This document shows, piece by piece, positions 33,171 to 50,663 of a DNA stretch of 64,000 bases. This DNA comes from the human T2T-CHM13v2.0 reference genome, Homo sapiens: the NCBI RefSeq assembly GCF_009914755.1, contig NC_060928.1. The stretch is one strand, 5' to 3'. How positions within the stretch are numbered: the stretch's first letter is position 1; each line of letters opens with the position of its first letter. Made by a program: the position numbers and the translations under genes. Under the pieces are notes generated by a model, which did not search any database, was not told the DNA's origin, and saw only the letters and a list, made by a program, of their open reading frames with translations.

Positions 33171-33724
33171 CACTAGAATAGTTAATAATAAAAAGGTAGA
33201 TTTAAACAGCTCTGTCAATAAAAAATTCCTAAAACACCCAGGATTAAACTGAAATCCAAAGGGAAATTATAATATTCAAATTCTTTGCATATTTATCTGT
33301 GGCAATGCTTTGAAGCCTGGATTTAAAATGCATTCCTCAACAGGATTTGTGTTTGTTGTGCCGGCTGGGCACCTAGAGGTACAACCAATCCAGGACCCAT
33401 CTGATCTAAACTTTTGGAGTATTTTTGGACCACATAGATAATATTAATTTTGGCTCCAAATTAGGTGTGGAGTTAGTGATTTTCAGGGGAAACTTTTTTT
33501 TAAAATCATTCCACCCAGGGCCAAGGCTCAAAAAGGCACATATCTTCACTGTCTTCCTCTGTGGATTCCACTGCCACCCCCCTTCTCCTAGTGTCTTCCT
33601 CTAAAGGTTTGTCTCCTGTCCCTTCATTTATATCCCATTGTAACCCAGGTTGTAGGCCACCAGGGATCAGTGGATAATTTCCAGACAAGTGCCGGCTCTG
33701 GCGCTCTTTTATTCTACTTTCCTT

Positions 33725-34650
<926 letters not shown>

Positions 34651-35713
34651 TTCTTACTGTTTTTTTAATACTTAAGTAATTCTACTTTCCTGTCATGCAT
34701 TTTAAAAGATTTAAAAAAAAACCCTTCTCTCTGTCACCAAACAACCATCAATTACATGGGTCTATTTGGCTTGTGGAAATAAGCTGAGCTGTACACTTAT
34801 AAGTAGTAATGGATAACTAATTCATGGAGTATTTACCCAATGAAATATTATATACAGCAAATAATAAACTACCCATAAGCACATCAACATCAACAATATG
34901 GATGAATCTTACAAATAAGAACCAGAGAGACAGATACAAAAGAGTATCTATTCTATTATTCTAGTTATATAAAGTACAAAAATAGACAAGACAAATCTAT
35001 GCAGTTAGAAGTCAGGATTAACTTTGAGGGGAAATAGTGGTTGGAAGGGGACACAAGGAAGCTTCCAGATTCTGTTTCCTGATCTGGGTGCTGATTACAT
35101 GGGTTTATTCAGGTTGTCGAAATAAACTGAACTATATACTTATAATACGTGCACTTGTCTTTATGTGTATTAAAAGTTTCAAAAAGAAGAAAAATGTATT
35201 CAACTTTGGGTATGCAGTATCCAGAGTTTTCCCTGCATCTTATTGCCTGATGATTCCTACAATACAAGTTGCTCTGGAAAAACAGAAAAAATAGGCAAAG
35301 TGTTCAACATAATTTATAAGGCCAATATAATGTTGATACCTAGTCACATAAAGAAAAAAAGTCCTATTTTACTTATGAACATAGATGCAAAATAATGCTA
35401 AGTAAAATGTTAGGTAACAGAGTCTAATACCCTACTAAAAATATATTACAATCAAATAGGGTTAATATAAATAACGTAAATTTGGTTCAATAAAGGAAGA
35501 TCTACAATAAAAATCATCACATCAAGGGACATAAACAGGAAAAATAATCACATGATCATCTCAGACACAGAAAAATCATTTTATAAAGTTCAATACCAGT
35601 TAATGATTTAAAAATCTCTTAGAAATTTCACAAGAAAATAAAGGAAGGTTTTCAACCTAACAGAGGACATCAACTAAAAATCTACAGCAAACATTCTATT
35701 TAACAGAAACTTC

Positions 35714-35870
35714 AGTGTGGTGCTCTCCTGTAATCCCAGCTACCCTGGAAGCTGAGGTGGGAGGATTGCTTGAGGCCAGTTAGAGGCTGTAGTGAGCTAT
35801 GACCGCACCTAAGAATAGCCACTACACTCTAGCCACTACGCAGCCAGAACCCATCCCTAAAAAAAAAATT
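35714..35870 (+). mobile_element. Alu monomer (FLAM/FRAM-like)
   Basis: Single arm CCTGTAATCCCAGCTAC...GGAGGATTGCTTGAGGCCAG...GAATAGCCACTACACT. Confidence 0.7.
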
Positions 35871-36421
35871 TAAAAACAAAACCAAAAACTTCAGATGCAT
35901 ATTATTTGGAATGTGTTTGCTATACTTAAAAGAAACTGAAATAAAAGTAGTATAAACACATAAGGATTGTTTTTTGTCTCAGCAGGAAGTTCAGAGGTCG
36001 GCAATACAGCTATGGTACACGACTCCACAAAGCTCAGTGTTCTGGAGGCCCCTTTTGGCTTTCTGCACCATCATCTCATACATTTAACTTTTGCTTTCAT
36101 CATCTTAAAATGGCTTCTGCTTCTCCAGGTAACCAATGTCCAAGCAGGAAGAAGTGGATGGAAAGAAGGGCAAAGATTCATGGAACCAAGCCAGCTGGGC
36201 TTTCTGAAAGTACATGCAAGGACATCCTCTTATATTCCATTGGCTTGGACTGTGTCATATAACTACCTGTAGTTGCAAAGGTGGTTGCATTTTGCTGCTA
36301 TAAAAAAGCGGGGAGGGCGTTCTGGTAGAAAGATAAAAATAGAGACTTGAAATTGAATAGGCAACTAGTAGTGTCTACCTTGTATTCCCTTTAGGTTTGA
36401 TAACAACACAATGATCCCCAC

Positions 36422-36765
36422 TGATATGGTTTGGCTCTGTGTCCCCATCCAAATCTCTTCTCAAATTGTAATCCCCATGTATCAAGGGAGGGACCTGGTG
36501 GGAGGTGACTGGATCACGGGGGCGGTTTCACCCATGCTGTTTTCCTGGTAGTGAGTGAGTTCTCACATTATCTGATGCTCACACTCTCATTCTCCTGCTG
36601 CCTTGTGAAGAAGGTGCTTGCTTCCCCTTCGCCTTCTACCATGATTGTAAGTTTTCTGAGGCTTCCTCAGCCATGTGGAACTGTAAGTCAATTAAACCCC
36701 TTTCCTTTATACATCACTCAGTCTCAGGTAGTATCTTTATAGCAGTGTGAGAACGGACTAATACA
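36422..36765 (+). mobile_element. THE1D-like MaLR solo LTR
   Basis: TGATATGGTTTGGCTCTGTGTCCCC...GAACGGACTAATACA; perfect 5-bp TSD CCCAC. Confidence 0.9.
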
Positions 36766-37181
36766 CCCACTATGACCACTACCTTGCAAAACAGTACTTG
36801 ATGTCTTGGCCATTGAAAACAGACAAAAATAAATGTAACATACAGCTCTGTCAAGAGTTCTGCTACAAACTGCAGAAAACATATGCAGCTGATTTAAAAG
36901 AAAATAACTTATTATAATATTAAGTAGCTTATTGAATCTATAAAGTTGTCCACAGAGGTTATGTAAACTTGACAGCTATATAACTAGGAACAACACCCAA
37001 ATCATATTATAGATCTACTCCAATGGACATGCCATTATTACCACTATTTGGCAAAAATGCTGCAGCATGTACTGCCAACTCCACCAGACTGAGCACTGGG
37101 TACTATTGTGGGAATCTCTGCCACTACCCTCTCTGCTAACATATTTTTATTAATTGTACTTGTTAGAAAAAAGAATTTCTT

Positions 37182-37561
<380 letters not shown>

Positions 37562-38030
37562 CTACAGAAGATAATTTAAATTTAGATTTAATCTGACTAC
37601 AGATGATAATGTCTTCATGTACTTTTTACTTTCAATTCCAAGGTATCTGGGACAACTTCCCTATGTTGCATTTTAGCTTCTGCTTTTCTTAAACACAGAT
37701 GATGCACTTTGTCCACTTCCTCATAGGAGTGTTAAGATCTATAGTCCTATGAGCTCTGTGAAAGAAGAATTTGTGTATGTATGTGTGTGTGTGTGAATGA
37801 TGAAATACTTCTCTCCTTTGTTCATGTAATCTTGAATATCTAGTATTTAACACGTTTAATAGTTTGAAAAAAATGTAATTTCAAATATAATTACATTTTA
37901 AAATGGAAATAAAGGTGGTAAGAAAAAGAGGGAGAAGTCTTGACTGGCTTCTACAATAAAGAAATATAATTTCAGTGCTTTAAAGTACTATAATAACAGA
38001 GCTGAAGAGTATAAAAAATGAATAAAGAGG

Positions 38031-38357
<327 letters not shown>

Positions 38358-38735
38358 TTAATAAAAAACATGATTTAGAAACGGCTACTGTTACTAATAT
38401 ATGCATTTACAGCCAATATACTTATTTTTAACTTTTGCTTAATTAACTTCTAAAGCAGTAGGTTCAAATTAATTGCTGTTTAACTGGATGATGCTGTTAA
38501 AAAACGCACTGCTCCATATTGGAATTCTTATATGTTGTCAGTGGGAGCATAAATTGGTATAATCACTTTGGAAAATTGTTTGGCAGTATCAACTAAATCT
38601 CATTGTATATACAGCCTATCATCCAGCAATTCCACTCCTGAAAGAAAGTGATACCTTCCTATGGCAGAAAACTTGGAAGTAGAGAAAAGCACAGAGAATA
38701 AAAATAAACTGTCATCCTAGTACTGAGATAATCAT

Positions 38736-39043
<308 letters not shown>

Positions 39044-39154
39044 TAATCATTATTAATATTTGTAAAGAGAATCTTACTTTACACACTTACTTTTATAGTA
39101 GACTTACTTTATACAATATTATAAATATATTTCCATGTAATAGATATTTTCCAA

Positions 39155-39530
39155 CTTTTTTTTTTTTTAAGAAGAGACAGGGTCTCACTCTGTTGCCCAG
39201 GTGGGCGTGCAGTGGCACTCAAAGCTCACTGCAACCTCGACCTCCTGGGCTCAATTGATCCTTCTGCCTCAGCCTCCTAAGCAGTTGGGACTATAGGCCC
39301 GTACCACCACATCTGCTTATCCTTTATTTTTATTTATCTATTTTAATTTATAAAGAAAAGAGTTTTAATTGGCTTACAGTTCTGCAAGCTGTACAAGCAT
39401 GGCTCCAGCATCTGCTTCTGGGTGAGGGCCTCGGGAAGCTTCCACATGAGCTACCATGCCTGTCTTCATGGTGGAAGACAAAGAGAGAGCAGACAGTGTC
39501 ATATGGCAAGAATGGGAGAAGGAGACAGCC
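39155..39530 (-). mobile_element. Partial AluJ followed by an MST LTR fragment
   Basis: Alu right arm 39155-39316; TAATTTATAAAGAAAAGAGTTTTAATTGGCTTACAGTTCTGC from 39343. Confidence 0.75.
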
Positions 39531-39761
39531 CCTTTACCTTTAGCAAGACTTATTTCCTCAAAAGAATGAGTCTGTTTCACTCCCAGAGGGCATAATGGAT
39601 ATGAATGAAATTCATATTTGTAGAGAGGGAACTAACATTCTTAAGTGTCTATCATGTATTAGGCATTGTGTTATACACTTCACTATGCTAATGTGTCATC
39701 CTAAAACAACCTTAACAAACTAGGTATTACTTTCATTTTATAAGTTGAAGAAACTGAAGAC

Positions 39762-39966
39762 CATTCAAATTATGCGCCTCTCCTTTCCTGCCTTGATTTT
39801 ACCCTAACCTCCTTTTGAAGTCTTCTCCAACTTTGTTATAGCAGTTCCGTCCTTACGCTGCCCACATTCAAATTATGCGCCTCTCCTTCCTGCCTTGATT
39901 TTACCCTAACCTCCTTTTGAAGTCTTCTCCAACTTTGTTATAGCAGTTCCATCCTTATGCTGCCCA
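39762..39966. repeat. Tandem duplication, 2 x ~103 bp
   Basis: 39762-39864 vs 39865-39966; one 1-nt indel and two CpG-type transitions. Confidence 0.95.
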
Positions 39967-41333
39967 GGCCAAAAGCCTCAGAGTCCTTCTCATCTCCTTC
40001 CTTTATACCCCACATCCAATGTGAGGAAACCATCAGCTTATCATCTCTACCACTATTTCTCTGGTCCACATCTCTATCTTCTTGTCCCTCAATTATTATT
40101 ATTATCTTTTTGTGAGATGGAGTCTCGCTCTGTCGCCCAGGCTGGAGTGCAGTGGTGCAATCTCGGCTCACTGCAACCTCTACTCACTGCAACCTCCGCC
40201 TCCTGAGTTCAAGTGATTCTCCTGCCTTAGCCTCCTGAGTAGCTGGGACTACAGGTGCGTGCCACCACACCTGGCTAATTTTTTGTATTTTTAGTAGAGG
40301 CGGGGTTTCACCATGTTGGCCAGGATGGTCTTGATCTCCTGACCTTGTGACCCACCCACCTTGGCCTCCCAAAGTGCTGGAATTACAGGCATGAGCCACC
40401 GCACCCGGCTGACCCTAGATTATTTTAGTAGCCTCTTAACCAGTCTCTGTGCTTCTACCCTTACACCCTACTGTTTATTCTTAACCCAGCAGTCAAAGTG
40501 ATCCAATTACAATGTCAGAAAGTGTCACTTTTCTACACAAAATCCTCCAATGGCTCCAACCAACTCACTCAGAGTAAAAGCCTTACCTGATCTGCATCAC
40601 CCCCACCTTTCACTTCTTTGACTTCATCTTCTCCATTCTTTCATGGTGCCTTCTGGATTGCTCCTAGTACACTTAGGCATACTCCTGCCTCAGGGCCTTT
40701 ACATTTGCTATGCTTTCTGCCTGGGAAGTTGTCTGCTCAGATATCCCTAACCTCCCTCAAGTCGTTCCTCAAATGTTACCTCCTCCAGAAGCTTTCCTTG
40801 ATCATCACCCCTCTCCGAACATAGCACCCCTCATACTTTCTATGTACCCTCTCTGCTTAATTTTTATCCACAGCATTTCTTTCTTTCTTTCAAAACAGGG
40901 TCTCACTCTGTCACCCAGGCTGGAATGCAGTGGGCTCAAGTGATCCTCCCACCTCAGCCTCCTGGATAGCTAGGACTACAGGTGCACGCCACCATGCCTG
41001 GCTAATTTTTAAACTTTTTGTAGATAGGGGGTCTTACTATGTTGCCCAGGTTGGGTCTCCAACTTCTGGCCTCAAGTGATCCTCCTCCTTTGGCCTCCCA
41101 AACTGCGGGATTACAGGCATGAGACAGCACTCCTAGCCTCTCCATAGCATTTCTAATCATACAGCAGTCCATATATTGTCCTTATACATTTACCATCTGT
41201 CTTTCCCACGTGGAAGAGGTAAGCTCCACGAGGGCTGGAATTGTTGTTTGTGCTCTCTGCTGTGTCCTCAACCCCTAGAAGCGTGCCTAGCATGCAAAAG
41301 GCACTCAGTATATATTTGTTGAGTAAATGAATG
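39870..41333 (+). mobile_element. L2 3' region, interrupted by Alus at 40092-40410 (-) and 40880-41138 (-)
   Basis: TAGTAGCCTCTTAACCAGTCTC; AATCCTCCAATGGCTCC; CCTGCCTCAGGGCCTTTACATTTGCT; terminal ATATTTGTTGAGTAAATGAATG. Confidence 0.85.
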
Positions 41334-41899
41334 CTTCCCCCACCTTCCAACTGTTAGAGCAGGCCAAGGGGACCTGTTGTGCAGAACTTCACAGCTTTCT
41401 ACTCTGAGCTCTATCTTCCTTGTTCTTCCCCAGCTTTTACTTAGGAGCCACTTCTTGACTGAGCTTGTCACAGGTGAAAGGCTGATGAATCTGGAGAGAT
41501 ACTTGTGGCAAGTACCCGGTGTTCCTGCAGTCATCCACAAGCGCAGCAGTGGTGGTAGACAGCTAGAGAAGAAAGTGTAAAGTTTGCATCCTCCAATTAT
41601 CACGGTTGCAAGACAGAACTTGAAACTAGATACACCTGATTTTGGTTATCTCTGGATGCCATTCACCGAGAATGAAGGGAAGAAGATACTTCCTCCAAAG
41701 GAGAATCTGATGAGGCGCCAGCAGGCTGCTGCTGCGGTGGAAACTGCCACATCCGCTTTTGCAAACTGGTGTGGCCCCAGCTGCTTGGACTGAGGCTCAA
41801 CGCAGGTTTCAGCCACTTCAACCACAGGGCTACGAACATGCCAAGAGAGCCACTAACCAAGTTTCTCATTCCTCCTCTGAGATTTAAAGTCCATCACTT

Positions 41900-43580
41900 C
41901 GCGACTCAAACACGCAAGAGGCGTGGGAGACGGAGGAATGGGGAAGCGAGGCGGCGCTGCCCACCTTGGCAATGGCACAGCCGCGGTCTCTGATGCAAAG
42001 GCAGGCGGCCGCGCAGGGCCGGGCCTGGGTGGGAAGGCTGGGCTCTGGGAAGGATGTCGGGGCACCCGGCAGTGCCCAAAGCCACCATCTCAAGCGTGAT
42101 AGTGGGGAAATGGATGCTGCACCTGCTCTCTCATCTTGCGGGGAATCGTGATTTGGGGAAGTTTCACCTTTGTTGCAGAACTGCCCACATTAGAGCCTTC
42201 ATTTCTTGGGAAGGGGTTGGCGGGAGTTGCCAGTGAAATGTGTGACACACACACGCGCCACATACTCCCCAAACCCACAGACGACTCCAGTAACGCTCTA
42301 GTTACCCTTAAAAAGTAAAACAGAACAAATCAGCAGGCCCCCTCCCTCCATCCTGGCACTTCATTAATGTCGGCCAAGGCCACATTTCCCCTGCCCACTG
42401 CAGGGAGTCTGTCAGGAGAACAACAGGCGAACGTTTGCCTCACTTGACTCAGCTCTCTTGGGGCGGTATCAGCATTTTAAAATTCACACCTAAAGGAAGG
42501 AGTCAGCAAAGGAAAGCAGAGCTGGGCCGGGGCGCCGGTGGCCGCCGTCAAACCTTTGGGAAGCAAGAAATCCGAAACGCCCGTGACGTGCGGCGTTGTC
42601 CGACTCCTTCCACTAGGCAGAACCCGAGAGACGAGCCTTTGGCGGGACGGTGAACGATTGTGCTGTGTACGGCGGTGTGCGTGCGTGAGTAAAGAGTGTG
42701 TAGCTCCGGCCAAACGCTAGCCCCCAAGGGCGCGAGTGCTACACTGCGCCCAGCTCAAGTTTCTGTGGAAACTTTCCCTCAGAGGCTCCTCCTCCTTCAC
42801 CTTGGAAACCGGCGCGGGCCGTGCGGCGCGGCACTGCCTAAGTCCCCGGCGCACCTGGCGGCGGCGTGTCCCAGCGGCAGAGGCGGGGCCGGCGGCGGCG
42901 GGGGCGGGGCCGGGGCGCGCTCCCCGAGGCCTCCAGGCAGGTTGGGCCCCACCCCCGCCCCTGCCCCGCCCCGGCCCCCGCCCCCGCCCCCGCCCCTCCC
43001 GCGCTCACTAGGGAGAGGCTGGGGGGAGGCAGTGACCCACGCGCCTCAGCCCGCGGCTGACGCACCTTCGAAAAGTTGCGCTCCGACCTTCTCACGACCT
43101 ACATTCTTCCCGGGCACTCCTGAGTTTGAGCCGGGCCTGGAGGACCTGGGCCAAGACTTTCGAGCGGCGGCCGCCCGAGGTGCGAGGAGCCAGCCCCGCT
43201 TTCCTCACTGGGTCCCGCGCAGGCGTCCCCGGGACCGCAGAGCAAACTTTCTGGACTATCTGAGGACACTTGTCCAGCGAGCCCCACTGCTCGGGGAGGA
43301 GGAGCCACGGCCGGGGACAGGTAGGTGCTGTGCTGGCCGGAGATTTGCGCTTGAGGGATTCTTTTATTTTAGAGGGTTGAAGGAGGAGGGAGAGTCGAAA
43401 TGTCCCTTCTCTGCATCCGCCAACTGGGCAGGGGGTGCGGGCATTGGGCTGAGGGAGCAGGCATTGGGCTGGGGGCCGGCTGGGGATGTTCCAAACGAGG
43501 TCGCTGCGTCGGGCGGGGGCGCAGGGGGGAGGAGGTGACTTCTAGGGTTTCGGGCTCCGGGACGGGGCGTAACGCGGTGA
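41900..43580 (+). promoter_or_regulatory. CpG-island promoter
   Basis: Non-repeat, GC- and CpG-rich; GC boxes at 42882-43000; CRE-like TGACGTG ~42584; AP-1 TGACTCA ~42445. Confidence 0.9.
43030..43320 (+). other. Probable non-coding first exon of an unidentified plus-strand gene (TSS approximate)
   Basis: Lies just downstream of the GC-box arrays; strong donor CAG|GTAGGT at 43320/43321; no ATG seen in the exon. Confidence 0.7.
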
Positions 43581-45198
43581 CTGACCCTGGGAGAGAGAGA
43601 GCCAGCTTGTTTTGACGAAGGAATATGTCATTAGGGCCCTCCATCCCATTCCTTGGTCCCAGGGTCCTCTGGGAGGCACAGGAAAAGGCAAAGAGATGTG
43701 GAGTTCAGGTTTCCCCTGTAAATCAACTTGCTTACACAGGAGACAGAGGCGGTGCCCCTCTGAGGTTTGCAGCCCTTTCCTGGTGTAAGGACTTACTGGT
43801 TAGGTAGCTGTTGCTCAATTTCGTAAATTCTGTGATGAAACTGCGTTCAAGTCGTGGTTATTATTGATAGTGTGTATGTGTTTGTGTTTCCTCTGGCTCA
43901 ACAAAGGTCCCTTGTTAACTCCGCTTCTGCTAGGGAGTGGGAAGAACTACCTTGCTGTCTTATTTCAGGCCTGGTCAGAGCGAGGTGTTGGTGCAGGCGG
44001 CGGTAGCCTTGTTGGCTTGGGACTTTGGGAATCACATGAGCAGGTCTAGTGAATTAGTGTCCCAGCCTCCTGGACCCACCCATTCACAGCAGATCTAGCT
44101 TCCACTATTCAGCAGATGCTGCAGCCCCAGCTATCCAGGGACAGGGAAACCCCCCTGAAGGGAAAGAGCCAAATGTTGAGAAGGAGAGACAGCTTTCAGG
44201 AGGAGGAGTAAACAATGCCTAACAATTGTTGCTTCCCTATAGATTGGGCTTGCTCCCTTGGCTTCTCTGGAAGGGCTGTGCTATCAAATTCATCTCATTA
44301 GGAAGTCAGCTGCTCCCTGCTAATAGTCATAGCAGCCCTGATGAAATTATATAGGTCATTGAAAAATAATTCCTGCTTAATTACCTTTATCCTGTTGATT
44401 AATGAGAGGGAAGATTTCCTCTCCTTAATGTATTATGCCTGCTTGTCAGGGTCACCTGCCTGACCTCAAGTTCACTTGTACACCTGGCACTAGGCAGGAT
44501 GCTGTCCCCGAAGCTGTCCACATGTAGTGAACCACAGCTGAAGTCCACGTTTGGAGAACTTCAAAGGTCTTCTTTGGACCGAAATTGAGCAGGATATTTA
44601 GTCCATAAATTTACTCTTTAATACAGTATACTTGTTGGCTTTAGCTAACTTTTCGCATAATTAAAGGTTGATATCTTTTTAGTTCCAGTTAATCCCTTTC
44701 CGCAGAGCTCATAAGAATTATGTCCATGCCTGTCTTGAAATAAATTAAGTTTGGGGTCCTATTTATCATTTGTCCTGTAGGACAAGGAACAGGATTAAAC
44801 TGTGTAGGGTGGCTGGAAAGGGTCAGAGAAACTGGACATCACTGAAGTGGATTCAGAGAGTGATTGAGAGTGGTCTAAAAATTTAGGTCCAACTGCCCAG
44901 CTACCTTTTTTCTTGGCTCTCATATAAAGACATTGTGTAGGACTTTTAATGGAGGACTTGAAGACTAGAAATAAAAGGAGTGTTTTATTTTTACATAGTC
45001 AGAGTGATGCATTGCTGGACAGTTCTGTACTCTGCCTCCCAAGATTGGTTCAAAATACTTTCTCTGCTAAGTTCTTTCTTTAATAGGAACTTGATAGATA
45101 ATGACTGCAAACAAGAAGCAGATGTACAAATATATTATGTAGAGATATGGAGGTAAAATGAGAAAAAACAAGAATTGCCTCTGAGGAGTGAAATTATA

Positions 45199-45531
<333 letters not shown>

Positions 45532-45980
45532 TAAAGAAAATTTAATAAGGAACCTCCTTTCTCCATGCAAATATAAAGCAAAATTGCTTTATTTAATCTG
45601 TTTAGACACTTGATCTTTATTCTGTGTACATCTGTCTTCTAGGGTGATACGTAGGCCCAGTGAAGATCTGGATCAGATTCTGCCATTGAAACACAATTTA
45701 GATCTACTTCATCCTTATTTTTAGCAACTTCCAACCCTTGGTTCTTAGCCCAGGTAGGGGAACAGTGCTCAAGAGTGACAAGAAACTCCAGGAACTTCAT
45801 TTATAGGGATCTCTTAATGAAAACAATAACAGAAGTGAACAGTTCTGTAGTGCTTTATGTTTCACAGAGTGCTTTCATGTACCATGTTTGTGCCTTGTGA
45901 TTTAACCATTTTGTAGTAGATGCCATTGTGTTTAGATTACACAGGAGGAAAGCAGATGAGGTTCAGAGATAATAAGGGAC

Positions 45981-46329
<349 letters not shown>

Positions 46330-46406
46330 TGAATTCAGGATTTCTGATTTACAGCCCATGCTTTCACTTTTTTCCTTGTTACATTTTGTGAAGTGGTTGG
46401 ATGTGA

Positions 46407-46876
<470 letters not shown>

Positions 46877-47196
46877 TGAGCTCATGTGGAGACAGGATGA
46901 CAGGACTATATATGAATATGTACATATATGTGTATGTGTAAGTGTGTGTACACATGTAACATATAGTCTGTATAGCCTTGGCATCTCAACAGTATAGCTG
47001 TGCAATAAAATTGAAGTAACCTCCATTAAATTTGGGAGGGAGATCTTGGGAAGTGGCGTAGGTGAATAAATACCTTGATAGATTGAATAAGGAATTTTGG
47101 CAATGTCTAAAATTGAAAAACTCTGTAAATAGCAGTATAAGTGCATGATTTACAAATATAGAAGTAATTACCAGAAGAAATAGCTAAAAGAGTTGA

Positions 47197-47778
<582 letters not shown>

Positions 47779-47914
47779 TAACTGTAGAGACAAACCTCTC
47801 CCAGACAAGGTCAACTGTAGAGACAAACCTTTCCCAGGCAGGTAGAAAGTTTTACCTTGCTAGTGATTCTTCAGTTTCCTTTCTAGGCAGTTCTTTTGCC
47901 TTCTATCTAGTTAG

Positions 47915-48223
<309 letters not shown>

Positions 48224-48963
48224 CTCTATCTAGTTTTTACAATCTTTGAACAGGTTACTGGACTATAGATTCAAAAGTATTTTTATCTAATTCCTTAAAT
48301 TTCCATTTTGAAAATGCTTCAAATGGTTTTTCGAGTCTGCAGAATCTGTACCCTTTTGTTGTTAATTCTGTAATTACTTTTACTTAGAAGTAGAGATGTG
48401 CGGTTTGTCTGCAATGTTTAGAAGCTGGCATTCTTGCCCAGTTGAATTTGATAAATACTGGAATTTGGGCTAAACTTTTATTCTCAGAAGGCATTACTAA
48501 GGGGAGATGCTAAGGGGACTTTTCCAGTATCTATGTGTTTTGCTTAATTTTGAAGTTCTGAGAGTGAGGATACTACTGCCTTCTAAAAGACAGGTAGAGA
48601 CAAATGATATTTTAGAGCTATTATAAAAAGTTAACACCCTTAAGTTTATCCTTTTCTTTATAAATATGATTTTCTCCTACTTCCTTTCCAATTATATCAC
48701 TAACTTAAATGAGAGTTAATTTTCTTATTACATACATGATACATATTATTCAAATTCTAAACAATATAGAAATATATAATGTTAAAAGTTAAAGTACACT
48801 GCAATGTTATATTCTGGATAAACTGCTATAAATAGATATATTTCCCTTCATTTTTCCCTCTATTTAAAAATGTTTATTATTAACGTGGTTGTTAATAACT
48901 ACTGGGGTAATCCTATGCAACTTTCAACTTGGTTTTTATTTTTAACTCAATAATATACCTTGA

Positions 48964-49348
<385 letters not shown>

Positions 49349-50663
49349 CCTATAACATGGTTTATTTAAACAGCCTTTTGTTGGGAATTTGGATTGTTTT
49401 CCATTTTTCTATATTAAGAACAGTGCTTCAGAGAACATCCTTGAAAGTGTTATCATTGTACACTTGTGTTTTCTGTAGGAAAGGTTTGTGAGTCACTGTT
49501 ATGAAAATGTTAAATTTCTTTTATTTACATTTCCTTTAGTAGTGTCCCTTCATTTTTAGTTATATGAACATATTCTTTCTTTCTGAATGCACAAGACTGA
49601 AGACAGAAATTATTAATAGATGACCAGCCACTGAAATAAGAGGTCATAACAGCAAAAGGTGCTGAGCTTTTAGGTAAGGTTCACCTCATTTCCTCACATT
49701 TCAGGTTCTTTTTGGTTTTAATGTTTTCCCCAAGAGAAGATAGTAATTGGTAACAGCTATAAAAATACTCTGCAGCTGTTGGTTGAGCTGCTAATTAGCT
49801 TTTATGGAGCATAGTGTTTTTTTTTTTTTAACATTTTCCTAAGAACATTATTTTAGGACATGCCATTAAGGAGTTCAGAAAATCCACTAGGTTTTGCAGA
49901 ATGCAGAGTGTATTTTAGCTCTTCTCCTTAAATTGTTAAAGTTTACCTCTGTTGAAATATTAGTCATGGGTCCATTTTAGGATCTTTTGGCTTGTAGAAA
50001 GTTCTAGGAACTGATTTCCCTCTGTGTGTGGAAAATGTGAAATAAGATACTTTGGCTAAATTTCATGACTCAGGCTCATTGAGGTGGGAACATTTCAGGA
50101 ATTCCTGTGGCAAAGTTTTTACTGAATGTCTAAAAGAGTTGATTAATATTTTTATTTAGTCCAAGCTTTTTTTCATAACCATTTCATTAGAGGAGTGTGT
50201 CTTATTCCTCAAAATGAATATCTTCTATTTTGTTTGTGTTCATGGAACTTTTATTTGGATTCCATTCATTTTAGGTTGATTTTCTTTATAATATACTAGA
50301 ATGAGTATAGAAAAATATGTTTACAAATGTAATTTCTATACACACATACATACCCCCTATATTTATATATGCACATATGTATTGTACACATTTGTGTATT
50401 TATGCCTAAGTATATAGTGATATAAGGAATGTTTTAAAAGTATTATCTTCTTCAGGTCATTTAATAGAAAACTTTGTACATCCTCAAAATAAGGATGATG
50501 TCTCCATATTTATTTATTAGAAAAAATGTTTCTTGATTTTCTTGGTATAAAAATTTTTCTTAATAAAATAAGAATTTCTTAGGACACGGGAAACTTATAG
50601 TTTGTATATATTCATATTTTGATCTTTTCTGTGGGAAAATACAACATGTCTAATGTATTATCC

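Noticed and set aside
37720-37753. Small hairpin CTCATAGGA...TCCTATGAG
   Set aside because: Only a 9-bp stem, without snoRNA box or pre-miRNA architecture
41268-41793. ORFs of 67-111 aa just left of the CpG island, possible processed pseudogene
   Set aside because: No recognisable protein similarity, no poly-A or TSD, no consistent splice signals
42696-43538. 280-aa ORF and overlapping Pro/Arg/Gly-rich ORFs in the CpG island
   Set aside because: Non-ATG start and low complexity; reads through the 43320 splice donor; stop-poor frames are expected in GC-rich DNA
49539-49672. Possible internal 5' UTR exon ending at TAG|GTAAGG
   Set aside because: Acceptor is ambiguous and there is no coding signal; such motif pairs are common by chance
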